A stretch of 64,000 nt of DNA, from assembly GCA_051530055.1 (NCBI GenBank), contig CM121341.1, positions 17,896,784-17,960,783 of the forward strand, written 5' to 3'. This document shows, in pieces, positions 59,908-64,000 of the stretch (positions within the stretch are counted from its first letter, which is position 1; every line of letters begins with the position of its first letter). The notes under the pieces are model-generated. The model saw only the letters and a program-made list of their open reading frames with translations. It did not search any database and had not been told where the DNA came from. The position numbers were made by a program, and so were the translations under genes. The stretch comes from Neoechinorhynchus agilis (Eukaryota; Animalia; Acanthocephala).

Positions 59908-62602
59908 ATGAGAAGGTCACGTCTTGTTTCTATTGTCATATTATCCTGGATCTGCATAAGCTGTATATTTGCTTTGCTTACAATCACCAACGATAAAAAC
60001 GCGAGCTTTTCGAATCGTCGCCAGGGACCATTTAAAATTCCATCCTTCAAGGATTCACTGAAACGAGGAACTAAGCAAGTGATGAATCCTCTGAAACCGG
60101 AGGCCGATAAGCGGCGTGTGCCTGTACAAGACGTCGATTTCAACGGAGAACTTCCTCAAGTTAGAGCGCCTGGAGATGCTGGAAACCAACGTGCATTAGG
60201 TTCGTTTCTCCTCAATGAATTATCGCTCCATTTCATTTTAAAGGCGAGATGGGTAAGCCCGTTAATATTGACCCCAAAACATTGAACGCAACTGAAAAGA
60301 AGAAATATGACCGCTTATGGAATGAGAATGCTTACAATGGTTACGCAAGTGATCTCATTTCTCTTCACAGACAGCTGCCTGATATGCGGGACATTGAGTC
60401 AGTTTATTTACGTTTCAGAATTTAGATTTAGTTCTTTAAGATGTCGTCAACTCAAGTACGATTCCTCAACCTTGCCTACAACGTCAGTAATTATCATTTT
60501 TCACAACGAAGGCCGCTCCGCTCTTTTGCGGACAATCCATTCTGTGATTGACAACAGCCCTCCTCGTCTTTTAAAGGAGATTATCCTGGTCGATGACTGT
60601 TCTACTCGTGGTATGCCTCTATTATTTGCTTTTCGTATTGTACCTTAGCAATACTCAGATTATCTCAAATCACCATTGGATGATTACATATCTGCGCTAA
60701 AAAAGGTTCGAATTGTAAGACTTGAAAAAAGACAAGGACTCATAAGAGCGCGACTAGAAGGCGCGGATGTAGCCCTTGGAGAAGTTCTAATCTTTCTCGA
60801 TTCACACTGTGAGGCAACTGCAGGATGGTTAGAACCTTTGTTATATTCCATAGCTCAGAATAACAAAACAGCGATAGTGCCAATAATTGAAACAATATAT
60901 CACGAATTTTCTATTTTCTAGACCGAGAGATTTTCTCAAATTTTCTTTAAACTGTGAAATTGCGATTGTTGATCAATGACGGACTTTGAAAAACACAAAT
61001 TGATCCAATGATTGGAGGGATGTAAATCCATCCTTGAAATCATGTTCAAAATCAAACTTAATTTTGAGACGTAAAAATTCATTTTACCGCGAATATTTTT
61101 CCTATAATAGAAAATTGTTGGTTTTGATGACACAACTCTAACGGTTTCCAATACACTAATCGAAGGGATCCAGGTCGGCGGTTTCTCCTGGAATCTTATA
61201 TTTAATTGGCATCCTGTTCCGCAATCAGACAGATTGCCGAATCGCACTCACGGCATTAAGACACCAACGATGGCCGGAGGATTATTCGCTATTGGTCGTC
61301 AGTGGTTCAATCATCTTGGGAGGTATGATGAAGACATGAACGTATGGGGAGGAGAAAATATGGAGATTTCCTTTAAAGTCTGGCTGTGTGGTGGGCAATT
61401 ATTGACTTCTCCTTGTTCTCATGTGGGCCATATTTTTCGAAAAAGAAGTCCTTACGATTGGCCTTCTACTACCAATGTCATCCTTCATAACACAATGCGA
61501 GTAGCTAAAGTCTGGCTAGGTGATTTTTATAAATATTATTTGGAGAAGGTTGGAGCTGAGAACGTAAGTTTAATATGTTTTTCCGTATCTTATTTCTTTG
61601 CAGGATAAGGTGTCTATTCATGGGGATTTAACAAAAAGGATTGCTCTGAGGGATAGTCTTCATTGTAGAGACTTTGATTGGTATAGAACATTCATCTACC
61701 CAGATCTTTTTGTGCCCGATACTTCTCTAAGAAGTGGAGAGGTGAGTCTTTTTGTACACGTAATATGTGTTCATCGAAGCATGGTATATAGATAAGAAAT
61801 GAAGCCGATCCTTATTGTCTTGATGCTCCTGCTAAAACGTCAAATGAAATAATCGTAACTTACGCTTGTCATGGATTATCAGGCAATCAGGTATTGTTTT
61901 TCTTTTGAAGCAAATTGATCGAGCTTTTATATGGATTGATTGCATTCCACAATTTTTATCTAGAACCTAAAATGATAATCAGCGCTTACCAAGCATAATG
62001 AACGATTTGCGATATTTATAAGAAAATGTGTTTAAATCTATTTTCCAATAATCATAAATGCTCAAATATTCCATTTTTGAATGCCTAATCCATCTAGTAA
62101 TAAATTGGCACTACACAACGCTATCATTAAGGCGACAGTAACCGGATTCAAAGCTCTTCGTGGAGTTGATCTGCCGTCATGAACATAAGCTAACTAATCG
62201 TTGTTGTTGATGCAAACAAAAATCTCCCAAACGCTTAATGATGTTTCTTGAGTTTAGTTGTGGTATTACACAAAAAACAATGAGATACGCAGAGATGACA
62301 TGTGCATGGACTATGCTGGAGGACTTTCCGGAGTCGGTAAGGAAAACAAAATAACCACTTACAATTGCCATGGTGGAAGAGGAAATCAAGATTGGACATT
62401 TAAGGTGAACAAAGTTTTCACACTTTTCAAAAATCTAAAACGAAACTATTAGTCGATCGGTGAGACTTCGGGAATGATTACTCACGTAACGGGTTTATGC
62501 CTAACAATGCGGAAAGGATCTTATAAACTCATAATGGAAAAGTGTGACTTGTCAAATCCGCGGCACCGATGGATATGGAAAGAAAGGCGTGTTGAGAATT
62601 GA
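59908..62602 (+). CDS. Polypeptide N-acetylgalactosaminyltransferase (GALNT family), multi-exon
   Basis: Type II TM anchor, [58 protein letters not shown], ricin-B lectin repeats; mostly short GT-AG introns. Confidence 0.93.
60896..61125 (+). other. Inverted-repeat intervening sequence in GALNT (left TA, right TT)
   Basis: ACA A[TA]tatcacg...ttggtt[TT] GAT joins to VPIIETIDDTTL; perfect 11-bp stem aattttctatt/aatagaaaatt. Confidence 0.65.
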
Positions 62603-63274
62603 TTCGCGGAGATGGAGTGCTAATCTTGTTTGATAAATTTGCGATTTCCATGAACCATTGCCGCTTACTAATTGTTCCACAATTCGCCTTTACTCAGTCG
62701 AATGATTGCGACAATGTTTAAACAACCTCTAGTTTACGGATGTCAAGTCAACAAATTTTTCAAAAGATTTAAAATGTAAGAAGTCGCAGTCTTGCACTGT
62801 TTCGGGTAAGCTTTGTACCACATTTATGTTCTTAATGAACGTTCAGTAGCCCAAACATTGGTTCTTGTTTTATTTGACCGTATAATGTTCAAACTAACGA
62901 ATTGTTCGAAAATTTGCTATATGTTGCCTTGAGAAAGACTCGTCAGCTATTCTGTAAAAAAATCATCAAAAACCACCACATACGCTAATACCATTTGATG
63001 CCACTTATCTAGAACTGAAGAATGTAAAGTAATTTCCTCTAGAAATTAATTTTTGTAGTGTGTTGATCACAGCAGCTAAACAAAGCTTGCGATTTTGAAT
63101 GCAAATTCAAAACCCAGAGCGTTGTTTAACTGTTTAGTATTTCTTTTGCAAATATAAACTCCATTCGTGGTACTTGAGCTTAAAACTATTTCCCTCCGAA
63201 CTAGTAGATTTTAAATACATGCCTTAAAGGTTATAATCGCGTGTAAGATCCGAATAACTATTTAACCACTTGTA

Positions 63275-63395
63275 TTTTAGAACTGATGATGAACCCGACG
63301 AAGTTCGAAACGTCTTTGATAAAAAATTATTTACCGGGTGAAGACCTGGACAATAAGTCTAATCATATACCCCGGTACCTGCTCACATACCGACA
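63275..63395 (+). ncRNA. Hammerhead ribozyme repeat, second copy with an intact core
   Basis: agaa-CTGATGA-t-GAAC-ccgacgaa-GTTC-GAAA-cg-TC-tttg, followed by the same tail as 22640-22715. Confidence 0.75.
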
Positions 63396-63660
63396 TTTTT
63401 AAAACTTGTGCCAGTATACTGGCAACGTCGGGATGTTTACAGGAATGAAAAGCGAAATAGTTTCACCAAAAAATAGAATAAATCGATTACTCATATATTC
63501 GATGTTTATAGTTTTAAAACAAAATAATATATGAAGAGAATAATAAAACATTAGCAGTTCAACTAAAAATGATCGAACTGTTCTTGCAGTCACGAACCCG
63601 TACTATTCGAAATTATTATATCCACCTGATTGAAAAGAATAGCGGTGTGCTGCGGTTACC

Positions 63661-63927
63661 ATGGTACAAACTCGGAGCCAAATGTTACTATATATTTTTT
63701 TAATGCATTTAAAAAGCATTTACGTTTCCAAGTATATTGAACTGAAGGCAGCAATGTGCGACCTGATCAGAACTGTCGATAGAGTTCACGAATTTGCCCA
63801 TATTATTACCAGGTACAGCGAAGAAAAAAACGTTCAATTTGATTTGGTGTTAATTAAGAAAGACGTTTTAAATCTGACGAAGAAGTTGGCAGATTTAGAC
63901 GCAGTTGAACGAGAAATGAATGAATAG
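63661..63927 (+). CDS. Hypothetical short ORF, possibly a last exon
   Basis: 88-codon ORF with coiled-coil-like C-terminus; no recognisable family. Confidence 0.25.
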   Translation: MVQTRSQMLLYIFLMHLKSIYVSKYIELKAAMCDLIRTVDRVHEFAHIITRYSEEKNVQFDLVLIKKDVLNLTKKLADLDAVEREMNE

Positions 63928-64000
63928 ATAAATTTGTAAATTTGAATCCGGCAGTGGTAGAATAATTTCGTTTAAACATCAAATATCAGAAGCCAAATTT

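Noticed and set aside
60897-60906. atatcacg as a U12 AT-AC 5' splice site
   Set aside because: It does not match RTATCCTT, the 3' end is not AC, and the other elements share no U12 consensus.

Overview
AT-rich, gene-dense eukaryotic DNA from a compact invertebrate animal genome; the species cannot be identified from sequence alone. Recognisable genes are PSMC4/Rpt3, a LIV-1 ZIP transporter, a LAP1/LULL1-like protein, a divergent homeobox gene, RPB4, CSTF3, PCMT1, PICK1, PRP18, a tetraspanin, a neuronal calcium sensor and a GALNT. There are also two lineage-specific secreted proteins, tRNA-Thr(AGT) and tRNA-Phe(GAA). Intergenic space holds decayed CRE-type and RTE non-LTR retrotransposons, a Gypsy remnant, a Penelope RT remnant, and hammerhead-ribozyme repeats and palindromes. 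Main result: besides ordinary GT-AG introns (many about 43-50 nt), about 10 interruptions of conserved genes are best explained as segments bounded by a TA direct repeat, with imperfect terminal inverted repeats unrelated between copies. Removing each segment plus one TA restores the frame and, where a homolog is recalled, a gap-free alignment. For two of them (PICK1 #1, CSTF3 #1) I found no GT-AG solution. This points to a structure-defined non-canonical intron system, or a TA-bounded DNA excision system, in an animal. Junctions and pair counts were worked out by hand, homolog comparisons are from memory, and all need cDNA confirmation.
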